Part shown: positions 26,891-38,048 of the stretch, one piece after another | How the letters are laid out: the number at the start of each line of letters is the position of its first letter | How positions within the stretch are numbered: the first letter of the stretch is position 1 | From: Burkholderiales bacterium | GTDB taxonomy: Bacteria; Pseudomonadota; Gammaproteobacteria; Burkholderiales; JAEUOS01 | Direction: 5' to 3' | Length of the DNA: 64,000 nucleotides | Assembly: GCA_031430015.1 (NCBI GenBank) | Contig: JANPAR010000221.1 | Coordinates: 3,201 to 67,200, forward strand | The notes under the pieces: model-generated | What the model was told of the DNA's origin: nothing | Database searches by the model: none | What the model saw: only the letters and a program-made list of their open reading frames with translations | Translations under genes and position numbers: made by a program

Positions 26891-29800
26891 GACCGCTCTC
26901 GATGGCAGGTGCCGCAGACTTGTATTGTCGCCGCCGCCGCATCAGCTTGATCGCCGCCGGGATCACGAACATCGATAGCAACGGCGCGGTCAGCATGCCG
27001 CCTACCATTGGCGCAGCGATGCGCTGCATGATTTCGGAGCCGGTACCGGTCGAGAGCATCACCGGGATCAGACCGGCAACGATCACCGCGATGGTCATGG
27101 TCTTGGGGCGCACGCGCTGCACTGCGCCTTCCTCGATGGCGGCATCGAGGGCGTGCGCATCGAGCGGTTGCGCGCCGTGCGCAGACGAAGCGGACGATCC
27201 GGCATGACGTTCGATCGCCTGCTTGAGAAACAGCAGCATCACCACGCCGAACTCGGCCGCCACCCCGCCCAGCGCGATAAAGCCGATGGCGCTGGCCACC
27301 GAGAAGTTGTAGCCGAGCAGCCACATCAGCCAGAACCCGCCCGACACTGCGAACGGCAGCGTCGCCATGATCAGCAGCGCTTCGCCTGCGCGATTGAAGA
27401 TCAGGTACAGCAAAACAAAAATGATCAAGAGCGTGAACGGCACCACCACCGTGAGGCGCTGCTTGGCGCGCTCCAGATATTCGAACTGGCCGGACCAGCT
27501 CACCGAATAGCCGGGCGTGAGTTTGACTTCATCGGCCACCGCGCGGCGCGCATCGTTTACCACCGCGACCAGGTCGCGGCCGCGGATGTCGACATAGATC
27601 CAGCCCGACAGGCGCGCGTTTTCGCTCTTGATCATCGGCGGCCCGTCTTCGATCTTCACTTCGGCCACCTGCGAGAGCGTGATGAAGGCGCCGCGCTCGG
27701 TGACTATCGGCAGGTTGCGCAGCTTCTCGACCGAATCGCGCAGCTCGCGCGGGTAGCGCACGCTGACCGGAAAGCGCTGCCGGCCTTCGATGGTTTCGGT
27801 CACATTCTCGCCGCCGATTGCGGCCGCGACGATGGACTGCACGTCGCCGATGTTCATGCCGAAGCGCGCCGCCTGCTTGCGGTCGATCTTGATGTCAATG
27901 TAGCGCCCGCCGGTGAGGCGCTCGGCCAGCGCCGAGCTGACCCCCGGCACTTTGCGCACGGCGCGCTCGATGTCGGCGGCGATGCGGTCGATCTCCACAA
28001 GGTCGGCACCCGCCACCTTGATGCCGAGTGGCGACTTGATGCCGGTGGCAAGCATGTCGATGCGGTTGCGGATCGGCGGAATCCAGATATTGGCCAGGCC
28101 CGGCAGTTTGACGGCGGCATCGAGTTCTTCGACCAGCTTGTCCATCGTCATGCCGGTGCGCCATTCGGATTTGGGCTTGAACTGGATCGTGGTCTCGACC
28201 ATCTCCAGCGGCGCCGGGTCGGTGGCGGTTTCGGCGCGGCCGATCTTGCCGTGCACGCTCTTGACTTCGGGCACGGTGCGGATCAGGCGGTCGGTCTGTT
28301 GCAGCAGTTCCGCCGCCTTGGCCGGCGAGATGCCGGGTAGCGCCGAGGGCATGAACAACAAATCGCCCTCGTCGAGCGGCGGCAGGAATTCACCGCCGAC
28401 GTTGAGTGCGGGATACACAGTCGCAGCGGCGAACAGCACCGCCCCCAGCAGGGTTGCCTTGGGCCATGCCAATACCGCGCGCAGCAGCGGGCGGTAGAGA
28501 TGGATGAAAAAGCGGTTGAGAAAAATGGCGTTCTCTTTAGGGATACGGCCGCGAATCCAGTAGCCCATCAGCACCGGCACCAGGGTCACCGACAAGCCGG
28601 CGGCTGCCGCCATCGCATAGGTCTTGGTGAACGCGAGCGGGCCGAACAGCCGGCCTTCCTGGGCTTCAAGCGCGAACACCGGAATGAAGGAGAGCGTGAT
28701 GATCAGCAGCGAGAAAAACAGCGACGGCCCGACCTCGGCGGCTGCTTCGGCGATCACGTTCCAGCGCGCTTCGCCGGCGAGCGCCTCGCCCGCGTGCTGG
28801 TGTTCCCATTCCTCAATGTGCTTGTGCGCGTTCTCGATCATCACGATCGCGGCGTCGACCATCGCGCCGATGGCGATGGCAATGCCGCCCAGCGACATGA
28901 TGTTGGCGTTGACGCCCTGATAGCGCATCACGATGAAGGCGAGCAGGATGCCCAGCGGCAAGGTGATCACGGCGACCAGTGCCGAGCGCAGATGGAACAG
29001 GAACAGGGCGCACACCACCGCCACCACGATGAATTCCTCGACCAGCTTGTCACGCAAGTGTGCCACCGCGCGCTCGATCAGGCCGGTGCGGTCGTAGGTT
29101 TCGACGATTTCCACACCCGGCGGCAAACCCGGCTTGAGGGACTCGATCTTGGCCTTCACGGCGTTGAGGGTTTCGAGCGCGTTCTTGCCCGAGCGCATCA
29201 CGACGATGCCGCCGGCGACTTCACCCTCGCCATCAAGCTCGGAAATGCCGCGCCGCATCTCCGGCCCGACCTGGATGCGCGCCACATCCTTGAGCAGCAC
29301 CGGCGTGCCGGTATCGGACACGCTCAAGGGAATGTCGCGGAAATCCTCCAGCGTTTTGAGGTAACCGCGCGAACGCACCATGTATTCGGCTTCGCCCAAT
29401 TCGAGCACGGCGCCGCCGGTTTCCTGGTTGGCATTGCGGATCGCGGCCACCACCTTAGTGTGCGGCAGGTTGTAGGCGCGCAGGCGCTCGGGGTCGAGCA
29501 CGATCTGGTATTGCTTGACCATGCCGCCAACGCTCGCCACCTCGGCCACATTGGCCACGGCTTTCAATTCGTACTTGAGGAACCAGTCCTGCAAGGCGCG
29601 CAGTTGCGCGAGGTCGTTGCGCCCGCTGCGGTCGATCAGCGCGTATTGATAGATCCAGCCGACGCCTGTGGCATCGGGCCCGAGCGCCGGCTTGGCCTGT
29701 GGCGGCAGGCGCGCCTGCACCGTGTTCAGGTATTCGAGCACGCGCGAACGCGCCCAGTAGGGGTCGGTGCCGTCGTCGAACAGGATGTAAACGAAGGAAT

Positions 29801-30068
29801 CGCCGAAGAACGAATAGCCGCGCACCGTCTTCGCACCCGGCACCGACAGCATGGTGGTCGTCAGCGGATAGGTGACCTGATCCTCGACGATCTGCGGCGC
29901 CTGGCCGGGGAAGGTGGTGCGGATGATCACCTGCGTGTCCGACAGGTCGGGGATCGCATCGAGCGGCGTGTGCCGCACCGACCATGCTCCCCAGGCCGCG
30001 AGCATGACGGTGGCAAGCAGCACCAGAAAGCGGTTCCTGATCGACCAGTGGATCAACGCGGCGATCAT
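26874..30068 (-). CDS. cusA: CusA/SilA-type heavy-metal (Cu/Ag) efflux RND permease
   Basis: 1064 aa. N-terminal [20 protein letters not shown]4 motif [28 protein letters not shown] is near-identical to my recollection of E. coli CusA. Confidence 0.95.
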   Translation of the reverse strand: MIAALIHWSIRNRFLVLLATVMLAAWGAWSVRHTPLDAIPDLSDTQVIIRTTFPGQAPQIVEDQVTYPLTTTMLSVPGAKTVRGYSFFGDSFVYILFDDGTDPYWARSRVLEYLNTVQARLPPQAKPALGPDATGVGWIYQYALIDRSGRNDLAQLRALQDWFLKYELKAVANVAEVASVGGMVKQYQIVLDPERLRAYNLPHTKVVAAIRNANQETGGAVLELGEAEYMVRSRGYLKTLEDFRDIPLSVSDTGTPVLLKDVARIQVGPEMRRGISELDGEGEVAGGIVVMRSGKNALETLNAVKAKIESLKPGLPPGVEIVETYDRTGLIERAVAHLRDKLVEEFIVVAVVCALFLFHLRSALVAVITLPLGILLAFIVMRYQGVNANIMSLGGIAIAIGAMVDAAIVMIENAHKHIEEWEHQHAGEALAGEARWNVIAEAAAEVGPSLFFSLLIITLSFIPVFALEAQEGRLFGPLAFTKTYAMAAAAGLSVTLVPVLMGYWIRGRIPKENAIFLNRFFIHLYRPLLRAVLAWPKATLLGAVLFAAATVYPALNVGGEFLPPLDEGDLLFMPSALPGISPAKAAELLQQTDRLIRTVPEVKSVHGKIGRAETATDPAPLEMVETTIQFKPKSEWRTGMTMDKLVEELDAAVKLPGLANIWIPPIRNRIDMLATGIKSPLGIKVAGADLVEIDRIAADIERAVRKVPGVSSALAERLTGGRYIDIKIDRKQAARFGMNIGDVQSIVAAAIGGENVTETIEGRQRFPVSVRYPRELRDSVEKLRNLPIVTERGAFITLSQVAEVKIEDGPPMIKSENARLSGWIYVDIRGRDLVAVVNDARRAVADEVKLTPGYSVSWSGQFEYLERAKQRLTVVVPFTLLIIFVLLYLIFNRAGEALLIMATLPFAVSGGFWLMWLLGYNFSVASAIGFIALGGVAAEFGVVMLLFLKQAIERHAGSSASSAHGAQPLDAHALDAAIEEGAVQRVRPKTMTIAVIVAGLIPVMLSTGTGSEIMQRIAAPMVGGMLTAPLLSMFVIPAAIKLMRRRRQYKSAAPAIESGHASTI

Positions 30069-31405
30069 TTCTTCATCTCCATAGCGGGCTTGGTGTCCTG
30101 AGAGCCGCTACCAGAGCCATTCTTCATGGCATCACTGATTCCTGCGCCTTTTAAACTCGCTTCAGAGTCAAACAGGAACTGACCCGACACCACCACTTTC
30201 TCACCGGCCTCAACACCACGCTTGATCTCGGTCACGTCGACGCCGTCGATGCGCGCCTCCATGCCGGTCTCGACGTCGCGCTGGGCGAAGCGCCCGCCTG
30301 CAGCGGCAATCATCACCAGTTTGCGTGCACCGGTGGCGATCACCGCTTCGGACGGCACCACCACCGCCTCGCGCTTGTCGTCGCCGCCCAAACGTACGGC
30401 GGCGAACATGCCGGGCAACAGCCGCCCGCCCGGATTGTCGACGCGGATGCGCGCGCGCACCGTGCGCGTCGCCGTGTTCACTTCGGGCAGCAGCACGGCG
30501 ACCGCACCCTTGAAAATCTGGCCGGCGAAAGCCTGCACGCGCACCTCGACCGCGTTGCCTGCGCGCAGCGTGCCGCTCTGCGCCTCGGGCACATCGGCCA
30601 ACACCCAAACACTGGTCAGGCTGGCGATGCGAAACAGCGTCATGCCCGGCGTGACCTGCATGCCTTCTTTGGCAAACTGCGGGGCAAACTGGGCAGCACC
30701 CGCGCTCATGTCGGCGGACAGCGGCAGCAGCACGCCGCCACGCGGCGCCGTCAGCGTGACGCGCGGATTGGCGCGGCCCTCGCGTTCCAGCGCGGCGATC
30801 TGCGTTTCGGGAATCCCAAGATGGGCCAGGCGCGCGCGCGATGCGTCGATCAAGTCCGCGCTGCCCGAGCGTTTCACCGCAAGATACTCCTCCTGCGCAC
30901 CGAGCCAGTCGGGCGCGTAGACCGAGGCCAGCGGCGCACCGGCTGCGACCGGATCGTTGGGCGTACGCACATGCAGCTTTTCGATCCAGCCGGAAACCCG
31001 TGCCTGCACCACCTCGACCGCGCTCTCGTCGAACGCCACCGTGCCAACCGCCTCGATCGAGCGCGACAGCATCGCCCGCTTCGCGTCGGCGGTGCGTGCG
31101 CCGAGGCTTTGCGCTGCCGATGGGTTCACCTTGACTCCCGGTGCGCCACCGTCGTCGTCCGCATACACCGGCACCAGCTGCATCTCCATGAAGGGCGATT
31201 TGCCCGGTTTGTCGAATTTTTGCTGCGGAACCATCGGGTCGTGGTAATACAAAATCTTCTTGCCTGGCGGCGTCGGCGCGCTGGCCTGCCGGTCGTACTC
31301 GGCCATTTCGGCGCGCATGTTCGCGTACCAGAAACCGCCACCGGCGCCAGCCACCACAAACAGCAGCGCGGCGAACGCGGAAAGAAAAAGGGCGCGCGTT
31401 TTCAT
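30065..31405 (-). CDS. cusB: CusB-type periplasmic adaptor (MFP)
   Basis: ATGA overlap with cus[33 protein letters not shown] is the characteristic CusB N-terminal metal-binding region. Confidence 0.9.
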   Translation of the reverse strand: MKTRALFLSAFAALLFVVAGAGGGFWYANMRAEMAEYDRQASAPTPPGKKILYYHDPMVPQQKFDKPGKSPFMEMQLVPVYADDDGGAPGVKVNPSAAQSLGARTADAKRAMLSRSIEAVGTVAFDESAVEVVQARVSGWIEKLHVRTPNDPVAAGAPLASVYAPDWLGAQEEYLAVKRSGSADLIDASRARLAHLGIPETQIAALEREGRANPRVTLTAPRGGVLLPLSADMSAGAAQFAPQFAKEGMQVTPGMTLFRIASLTSVWVLADVPEAQSGTLRAGNAVEVRVQAFAGQIFKGAVAVLLPEVNTATRTVRARIRVDNPGGRLLPGMFAAVRLGGDDKREAVVVPSEAVIATGARKLVMIAAAGGRFAQRDVETGMEARIDGVDVTEIKRGVEAGEKVVVSGQFLFDSEASLKGAGISDAMKNGSGSGSQDTKPAMEMKK

Positions 31406-32727
31406 TTCGTTCCCTTGTCACGCGCGCCATGCGCACCGTGATCGAAATACTGCAACTGCGCCCAGGCGCGCGCCGCGTCCTGTTCCAGTTGCAATTGCGC
31501 CAGGCGCGTCTCGACCCAGTTGCGCCGCGCCTCGAGCACGTCGACCAGCTTGCCCGCGCCGCTCTTGTATTCGGCCAGGGTCTGGTCGATGCGGTCCCTG
31601 ACCAGCGGCAGCAGGGCATCGTCGAAATTCGCGCGCCGCGCGTTGGCCGCGTCCCAGTCGGCCAGGACCAGCTTGACTTCAAGTTCGTACTGGCGCCGCG
31701 CGTCTTCGCGATTGCGTTCCGCCGCTTCCCTCTGCGCCTGCCGCGCACGCACCTCGGGGGCGATGCGCGCCTGGCCGAAAGAAGGCAGATCGATCACGAT
31801 GCCGAACGACACCATGTCGGTGAACTGGCGGCCGCGCGCCTGATAGGCGACTTCCCAGCCCCAGTCGCCTTTCTCCTGCGCCCTGGCCTGCGCAATCTCG
31901 TTGCCGGCCTGGGCCTCCATCAACGTGAACGCGGCCAGATGCGGATGGCCTTCGGCAAGCGGTGTACTGCGGTCGACTTTCAGGCTTGCCAGGTTCCAGG
32001 CTGCGAGCGGCCGCGCTGCCAGCGGTCCAAGCCAGCGTTCCATCTGCACGCGCGCCCGCGCCGCAAGGCGTGCAAACTCGGCGCGGCGGTCGTCGAGCGA
32101 GCGCACCTGCGACTGCGCCGCCACTGCTTCGATCGGCGTCGCGCGTCCGGCGCGCACCTGGCCGATCAGCACGTCGTACTGGATGCGCGTCTCGCGTTGC
32201 AGTTCGTCGATCAGCGCAGTGGCGGTTTCGGCGTAGTGGCGCTCGACCCACGCCAGCGCCACGTCGCGCCGCACCATCAGGCGCGCGTCTTCGCGCTGCG
32301 CTGCTTCGCGGTGCGCTTCGAGGCGGAAGCGCTGTGATTTCAGTTCGCGTTTCTCCTCGCGCGGCATGTCGCGCGCGATGCCGACGCGGCGCATGGTCAT
32401 GAAATCGCGGCCGACCGTATATCCTTCGCGGCCTTCGATGGGCAGGTTGTCGACGCCAAGTTTGAGCTTGGGGTCGGGCAGAGCGAGTGCCGACTCGGCC
32501 AGCGCGCTGGACATTGCCTCGGCCGATTGGCGCGCATCAAGGCCGGGTGCGTTGCGCTCGGCCAGTTGCATGGCGTCGAACACCGAGAGCGACGCTTCGG
32601 CTGCTGCCGCAAGCGTTGTGTTGCCGGCGAGCTGTGCGTGTGCAACCGGACTGGTCAGCGCAACGGCCAGCGCGAGGACGGCACCGCAACGTCCTCGCGG
32701 CGCGCGGACGGAAGAAGAGAACTTCAT
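31402..32727 (-). CDS. cusC: CusC-type outer-membrane factor (TolC family)
   Basis: ATGA overlap with cusB. Trimmed to the ATG at 32727 (GGAGG SD). Signal peptide present; TolC-like heptad-rich sequence. Confidence 0.85.
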   Translation of the reverse strand: MKFSSSVRAPRGRCGAVLALAVALTSPVAHAQLAGNTTLAAAAEASLSVFDAMQLAERNAPGLDARQSAEAMSSALAESALALPDPKLKLGVDNLPIEGREGYTVGRDFMTMRRVGIARDMPREEKRELKSQRFRLEAHREAAQREDARLMVRRDVALAWVERHYAETATALIDELQRETRIQYDVLIGQVRAGRATPIEAVAAQSQVRSLDDRRAEFARLAARARVQMERWLGPLAARPLAAWNLASLKVDRSTPLAEGHPHLAAFTLMEAQAGNEIAQARAQEKGDWGWEVAYQARGRQFTDMVSFGIVIDLPSFGQARIAPEVRARQAQREAAERNREDARRQYELEVKLVLADWDAANARRANFDDALLPLVRDRIDQTLAEYKSGAGKLVDVLEARRNWVETRLAQLQLEQDAARAWAQLQYFDHGAHGARDKGTK

Positions 32728-32794
32728 GAAAACCTCCACAAACACGTTCACGCCGTGCGCGGATGCGCAGCGGCGGCGAAGCGTCAGCGGGAGG

Positions 32795-33175
32795 TCAAAT
32801 GCGCAGGCGTTGCGTCAGCGCGAATCGCGGCGGGCCGAGGATGCGTGCGACGTGGTGCGCGTTCTCCGGTGTGGCCGGCGCAACGACGCCGGTGAATGGC
32901 CGGAGCGATGGCGGCGCAGGAGCGTCGAGAAAATGCAGGGGAGAAAGATCGCCCGGAACTGCCTCGGCGGACTGCGCGCAGTGCTTGAGCGTGATTGAGG
33001 CGGGCGCGCCGCCCATCATGTCGCAAGGCTCGCCCGACGGCATTACCGCGACATTGCCTTGCGTGCTGTCGGCGCGCAACGTGGCGCAGCCCATCGCCGC
33101 GACAGCGGCCTGGGCGAACGCGAGCGATGCCAGAGCGGCAAGTGCGATGCGGCGGAAATGGCGGGCGGTGAACAT
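32795..33175 (-). CDS. small exported protein, CzcI/CopL-like, upstream of cusCBA
   Basis: Signal MFTARHFRRIALAALASLAFAQA. LKHCAQSAEAVPG resembles the CzcI CHAACSAAVPG region as I recall it. C-terminus GPPRFALTQRLRI. Confidence 0.55.
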   Translation of the reverse strand: MFTARHFRRIALAALASLAFAQAAVAAMGCATLRADSTQGNVAVMPSGEPCDMMGGAPASITLKHCAQSAEAVPGDLSPLHFLDAPAPPSLRPFTGVVAPATPENAHHVARILGPPRFALTQRLRI

Positions 33176-33246
33176 GCGTCCATTCTACGCTTCGAAGCTG
33201 TCGGTGGATGCCAAATCGAGGGAAGAATTTCGCTGGCGCATGCCCG

Positions 33247-33318
33247 GAAACCGTTGGGAGACAATGCCCGCAGCCGACAGGCTGCGGAGAATCACTTGTA
33301 CCAACGGTGTTCGAGGCA
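33247..33318. repeat. two copies of the dispersed repeat (one shortened and inverted, one forward)
   Basis: AAACCGTTGGGAGAC (inverted) and GGAGAATCACTTGTACCAACGGTGTTCGAGG. Confidence 0.5.
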
Positions 33319-33367
33319 TGGCCCGGCGAAATTTCACTTCTCCCAGAGCGCTTCTCCGGCCACTCAA

Positions 33368-34633
33368 TCAATCCTCGTCCAGATCCCATAGCAGGTGCGC
33401 ATCAAGCAGCAATCGATAGCGCGCTTCCGCCGCTTCCAACTGCACCACGGCGGCGGCGAGCCGCGCCTCGATCGCCAGGCGCTGCGCGGCCAGCAATTCC
33501 GCCAGCGAAGACTCGCCAAGCTGGTAGGCGCGCGCGGACAACGCCGCGTTGCGTTCCATGGCGTCGGCCGCCACGCGCGCCTGGTGCCAGCTGTCGAACG
33601 AGCGCATTGCACCGGAGAACGTGGCCGCAGCCTCCGCCGTCAGGCGCCGCTGCACGCTGGCCCGGCGCTGCACGGCGATATCGGTCTGCGCCAGAGCCGC
33701 TTCCGCACCGGCTTGCCGCAGCGCACCTGAAAACGGAATGCTCAGCACCAGCCCGACCACCCGTTCGGCGCCGGCGCGCTCAGATCCGTAGCGCACACCA
33801 ATGGTCGGGTCGGGCGTGCGGTCGGCGCGGGCACGCTGCGCCAGCGTTTCGCGCCGCTTGACTTCACTGCGCGCGATGGCGAGTTCATGGTTCTGTTCGG
33901 CGATGCGTGCCTGCCAGAAATCAAGCCCCTGCACGATCGGCACCGGCTGCACCAATGGCGGGTTGGACGGCAGTTTAATTTGCGGAAACGTACTCGTGAG
34001 TTCGCTCGCCGCGACTTCCTTGCGCATGCCCGCCTGCAACAGCGCGTATTCCGCCTGCGCCACTGCGGCGGCGGCCGATGACTGTTCCTGGCGCGGCGCA
34101 TCGCCCAATTCGGCGCGGCGGGCGACCAGCCCGGCCTGCCGTGCGAGCAGGGCTTTCTGTTCCTGCCAGTGGCTGGCCTGCGTTGCGGCACGCAACCAGG
34201 CGAACCACATGCGCAACAGGCCGCGCCCGGCTTCGTGGCGCGCGTCGCCCACGGCCAATTTGGCCTGATCCACGCCTTGCTCTCCCAGTTGCGTGTCGAG
34301 TGCGCCCTTGCCGCCTAGGCGCAACGGGCGTTCAACCAATACATCCCACTCCTGCATGCTGCGATTGGCGATGGCATCGTGGCGTGACTGCGTGCCGAAG
34401 CGCAGCATCGTTTCGTGCGGCCCGGCGTTGAACCGCTTGCGGTTTGCCTCCTCCAGGTTGATCCCGGCGCGTGCGCCCGCCACCGCGGGATGGGAATTGA
34501 TCGCTTCGGCCACATGGGGCAGTGGCGGCAGGTCGGGCGTGGCGAAAGTTTCGGCCGCCCCGGCCGCACTCGGCGCGAGTGTCTGCGCCATCGTCAGGAC
34601 CAGAGCCGGCACGCTCCATCGAATGCGGTTCAT
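33368..34633 (-). CDS. TolC-family outer-membrane efflux protein of the second HME-RND operon
   Basis: Trimmed to the ATG at 34633 (ATGA overlap with the upstream gene). Signal MNRIRWSVPALVLTMAQTLAPSAAGA. TolC-like repeats. Confidence 0.85.
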   Translation of the reverse strand: MNRIRWSVPALVLTMAQTLAPSAAGAAETFATPDLPPLPHVAEAINSHPAVAGARAGINLEEANRKRFNAGPHETMLRFGTQSRHDAIANRSMQEWDVLVERPLRLGGKGALDTQLGEQGVDQAKLAVGDARHEAGRGLLRMWFAWLRAATQASHWQEQKALLARQAGLVARRAELGDAPRQEQSSAAAAVAQAEYALLQAGMRKEVAASELTSTFPQIKLPSNPPLVQPVPIVQGLDFWQARIAEQNHELAIARSEVKRRETLAQRARADRTPDPTIGVRYGSERAGAERVVGLVLSIPFSGALRQAGAEAALAQTDIAVQRRASVQRRLTAEAAATFSGAMRSFDSWHQARVAADAMERNAALSARAYQLGESSLAELLAAQRLAIEARLAAAVVQLEAAEARYRLLLDAHLLWDLDED

Positions 34634-34959
34634 GACATTCTCCCAAAGGCGGTCAATGGCACCATCCAGAACACGACATCCGGATTGGCGAGTGCCGACC
34701 GAAAATGCGCCACCATCGCATCGGCCTGGCTGCGTGCCAACGCGATCTGCACCTGAAAGAGCCGCGAGCGCCCGCGCACGCGCTCGGCAGCGTCGCGCGG
34801 CGGCATCGTCGCACCGTGGCCGTCGACCAGCACGCAAGTGAAGCCTCGCGCGCCTTCGGGGTGTTCGAGCAGGTGGTCGATCACCGCTTCTTCGGCGTCG
34901 GCGGGAAACAGCAGGGTCAGCAGCGTGTCGCGCCGCAGGGGGTCGGTGGCCGCGTTCAT
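34630..34959 (-). CDS. DUF3240-like small cytoplasmic protein
   Basis: 109 aa, ATGA-coupled on both sides. LLTLLFPADAEEAVIDHLLEHPEGARGFT... matches my recollection of the DUF3240 family seen in HME-RND operons. Confidence 0.7.
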   Translation of the reverse strand: MNAATDPLRRDTLLTLLFPADAEEAVIDHLLEHPEGARGFTCVLVDGHGATMPPRDAAERVRGRSRLFQVQIALARSQADAMVAHFRSALANPDVVFWMVPLTAFGRMS

Positions 34960-37900
34960 GCTGTGGCTCCTTTCAGATTTTCGGAAGTGGGTTCAACGCC
35001 GAAGCGCAGATAGAGAGTCGGCAACAGCAACAATGTGAGCAGCGTCGACGAAATCAACCCGCCGATGACGACGATGGCGAGCGGCCGCTGGATTTCGGAG
35101 CCGGGCCCGCTGGCGAACAACAGCGGCACCAGGCCAAACGCGGTGATGCCGGCCGTCATCAGCACCGGGCGCAGGCGCCGTTTCGCGCCTTCGGTGACGG
35201 CCTCGCGCAGCGCCATGCCGCGCGCCAGCAGTTGGTTGAAATAACTCACCATCACCACGCCGTTGAGCACCGCGATGCCGAGCAGCGCGATGAAGCCGAC
35301 CGATGCCGGCACCGACAGGTATTCGCGCGCCACGGCCAGCGCAAACACCCCGCCGATCAGGGCGAACGGAATGTTCGCCAGCACCAGCACCGCTTGGCGC
35401 ACAGAACCGAAGGTGACGAACAGCAGCAGGAAGATCAGCGCCAGCGCCACCGGCACCACCAGCGCGAGGCGCGCTGCGGCGCGCTGCTGGTTTTCGAACT
35501 CGCCGCCCCAGGTCATGCTGTAACCGGCCGGCAGCTTGAGTTGCGCGGCCACTGCGCGTTGCGCTTCTTCGACAAAGCCGACCAGGTCACGGTCGCGCAC
35601 GTTGGCCTGCACCACCACCAGGCGCGCGGCGTTTTCATGTTCCACCTTGACCGGCCCCTCGATGCGCTCGAGTTTCGCCACCTGCGCCACCGGTACGCTC
35701 TGCCCGCCCGGCAGCACGATGGCGAGGCCGGCGAACAAGGCGGGTGACGTGCGGATCGCTTCCGGCCCGCGCACCAGCAGCGGCGTGCGCCGGCCTTCCT
35801 CAAGCACGATGCCGACCTGCTGGCCTTCGATCTGCGCACGCATCGCCGCACTGATGTCGTCGACGCTCAAACCGAGGCGGCCTGCGGCGAGGCGGTCCAC
35901 CGTCACGCGGAAATACTGCACACCGTCGTTCTTGATGGTCAGCACGTCTTCCGCGCCCGGCACCTTTTTCAACAGTTCGACCAGTTGCGCCGCCTGCGCA
36001 TTGAGGGTGGCGAGGTTCGGGCCGAACAGCTTGACCGCGACGTCGCCGCGCACCCCGACCAGCATTTCCGAAACACGCATTTCAATCGGTTGGGTGAAAC
36101 TGAATGCCACGCCGGGAAACTGCGTCAGCACGATGCGTAGCTGGTCGGCGAGCCACGCCTTGTCCGGTTTGCGCCATTCGGATTTGGGTTTGAGCACCAG
36201 GAAAGTGTCGGTCTGGTTCGGCCCCATCGGGTCGAGCCCGATTTCATCGGCGCCGGCGCGCGCCACGATGCTCCTGACTTCGGGCACCGCCGCGAGGATC
36301 GCGCGCTGGACCCGCAGGTCGGTCTCGGCGCTTTGCTCCAGGCTGATCGACGGCAGCTTTTCGAGACTGACGAGAATGTCGCCTTCATCCATCGATGGCA
36401 TGAAGGTCTTGCCGATGAACGGGTAGACCGCCAGTGTCAGGCCCAGCGCAATGCCGCCGCCAATCATGAAGCGTGTGCCGTGCCGCAAGGCGTACTCCAG
36501 CAGTGGCGCATACAGGCGCTGCGCGTGGCGCACCAGCCAGGGCGCGCCATGGGCGCCCGGCCGGATCAGATACGAGGCCAGCACCGGCACGATGGTGAGC
36601 GACAGCAACAGCGACATCGACAGCGCGAACACGATGGTCAGCGCCACCGGCGCAAACAGCTTGCCCTCCAGCCCTTCGAGCGAGAGCAGCGGCAGGAACA
36701 CGATCACGATGATCAGCACGCCGGCCGTCACCGGGGCGGTGACTTCGCGCACCGCGCGGTACACCAGATGCAGGGGCGGGCGCCGTGCCGCCCCTGCATC
36801 GGCCATGTGCGTCACGACGTTTTCGACCACCACCACGGCGGCATCGACCAGCATGCCGATGGCGATGGCAAGGCCGCCCAGGCTCATCAGGTTGGCCGAC
36901 ATGCCGGCGGCGCGCATCAGCAAAAACGTACCGAGTGCCGCCAGCGGCAGGGTCAGCGCCACTACCAGCGCCGCGCGCAGGTTGCCGAGGAACAGCACCA
37001 GCAATATCACCACCAGCACGATCGCTTCGAGCAGCGCGCGTGACACCGTGCCGACGGCGCGCTCGACCAGGCTGCCGCGGTCGTAGAACACGCGCGTCGT
37101 CACGCCCTGGGGCAGGGTGGGGGCAATCTCGGCAAGTTTCCGGCGCACCCCGTCGACCACCTGTCTGGCGTTGGCGCCGCGCAGGCCCAGCACCAGACCC
37201 TGCACCGCTTCCTCCTGCCCGTCACGCGTCACCGCGCCGTAGCGCGTGAGGGCGCCGATGCGCACCTCGGCCAGATCACCCACGCGCACGGGGGTGCCGT
37301 CACGCGCGGCAATCGCGATGGCGCGCACGTCGTCTAGGTTACGGATGCTGCCTTCGGCGCGCACCAGCAGGGTCTCTTCGCCTTCGCGGATGCGCCCGGC
37401 GCCGTCGTTGCGGTTGTTCGCCTCGAGCGCCTGCAGCAGCATCGCGTGGCTCACGCCGCGCGCCTGCATGGCGGTCGGGCTGGGCACCACCTCAAAGCTG
37501 CGCACGTAGCCGCCCAGCGAATTGACATCGGCCACGCCGGGCAGGGTGCGCAGGGCGGGGCGCAGGGTCCAATCAAGCAGGGTGCGGCGCTCGGTGAGCG
37601 ACAGGCCGCCGCCTTCGATGGTGAACATGAACATCTCGCCGAGCGGCGTGGTGATGGGTGCAAGCCCGCCGGATGCCGCGCCCGGCAGATCACGCGCGAT
37701 GTTGCCGAGGCGCTCGGCCACCTGCTGGCGCGCCCAGTAGATGTCGGTGCCTTCCGCAAAATCGAGCGTGATGTCGGCAATCGCATATTTCGACACCGAG
37801 CGCACCATGCGCTTGTTCGGGATGCCGAGCATCTCAAGTTCGATCGGCGTGGTGACGCGCGCCTCAACTTCCTCGGGCGTCATGCCTGGCGCCTTCATGA

Positions 37901-38048
37901 TGATCTTGACCTGGGTGGACGACACGTCCGGGTAGGCATCGACCGGCAGGCTTTGAAACGCCAGCACGCCGGCGCCGGCGAACAGCACCGTGGCGGCGAG
38001 CACCAGCACGCGCTGGATCAGCGCGAATTCGGCAAGTTTGGTCAGCAT
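34956..38048 (-). CDS. heavy-metal efflux RND permease (CzcA/CusA superfamily)
   Basis: About 1030 aa. VDAYPDVSSTQVKIIMKAPGMTPEEVE. TM4 motif GGLAIAIGMLVDAAVVVVEN. The ATG at 38048 overlaps the MFP stop by 1 nt. Confidence 0.95.
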   Translation of the reverse strand: MLTKLAEFALIQRVLVLAATVLFAGAGVLAFQSLPVDAYPDVSSTQVKIIMKAPGMTPEEVEARVTTPIELEMLGIPNKRMVRSVSKYAIADITLDFAEGTDIYWARQQVAERLGNIARDLPGAASGGLAPITTPLGEMFMFTIEGGGLSLTERRTLLDWTLRPALRTLPGVADVNSLGGYVRSFEVVPSPTAMQARGVSHAMLLQALEANNRNDGAGRIREGEETLLVRAEGSIRNLDDVRAIAIAARDGTPVRVGDLAEVRIGALTRYGAVTRDGQEEAVQGLVLGLRGANARQVVDGVRRKLAEIAPTLPQGVTTRVFYDRGSLVERAVGTVSRALLEAIVLVVILLVLFLGNLRAALVVALTLPLAALGTFLLMRAAGMSANLMSLGGLAIAIGMLVDAAVVVVENVVTHMADAGAARRPPLHLVYRAVREVTAPVTAGVLIIVIVFLPLLSLEGLEGKLFAPVALTIVFALSMSLLLSLTIVPVLASYLIRPGAHGAPWLVRHAQRLYAPLLEYALRHGTRFMIGGGIALGLTLAVYPFIGKTFMPSMDEGDILVSLEKLPSISLEQSAETDLRVQRAILAAVPEVRSIVARAGADEIGLDPMGPNQTDTFLVLKPKSEWRKPDKAWLADQLRIVLTQFPGVAFSFTQPIEMRVSEMLVGVRGDVAVKLFGPNLATLNAQAAQLVELLKKVPGAEDVLTIKNDGVQYFRVTVDRLAAGRLGLSVDDISAAMRAQIEGQQVGIVLEEGRRTPLLVRGPEAIRTSPALFAGLAIVLPGGQSVPVAQVAKLERIEGPVKVEHENAARLVVVQANVRDRDLVGFVEEAQRAVAAQLKLPAGYSMTWGGEFENQQRAAARLALVVPVALALIFLLLFVTFGSVRQAVLVLANIPFALIGGVFALAVAREYLSVPASVGFIALLGIAVLNGVVMVSYFNQLLARGMALREAVTEGAKRRLRPVLMTAGITAFGLVPLLFASGPGSEIQRPLAIVVIGGLISSTLLTLLLLPTLYLRFGVEPTSENLKGATA

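Noticed and set aside
28500-30101. 533-aa plus-strand ORF, together with other long alternative-frame ORFs over cusA, cusB and cusC (e.g. 27153-28340 and 30210-31748)
   Set aside because: They overlap strongly supported cusCBA genes. Their composition is dominated by R/H/G/A/D runs, and they have no motifs, SD sequences or sensible gene junctions.
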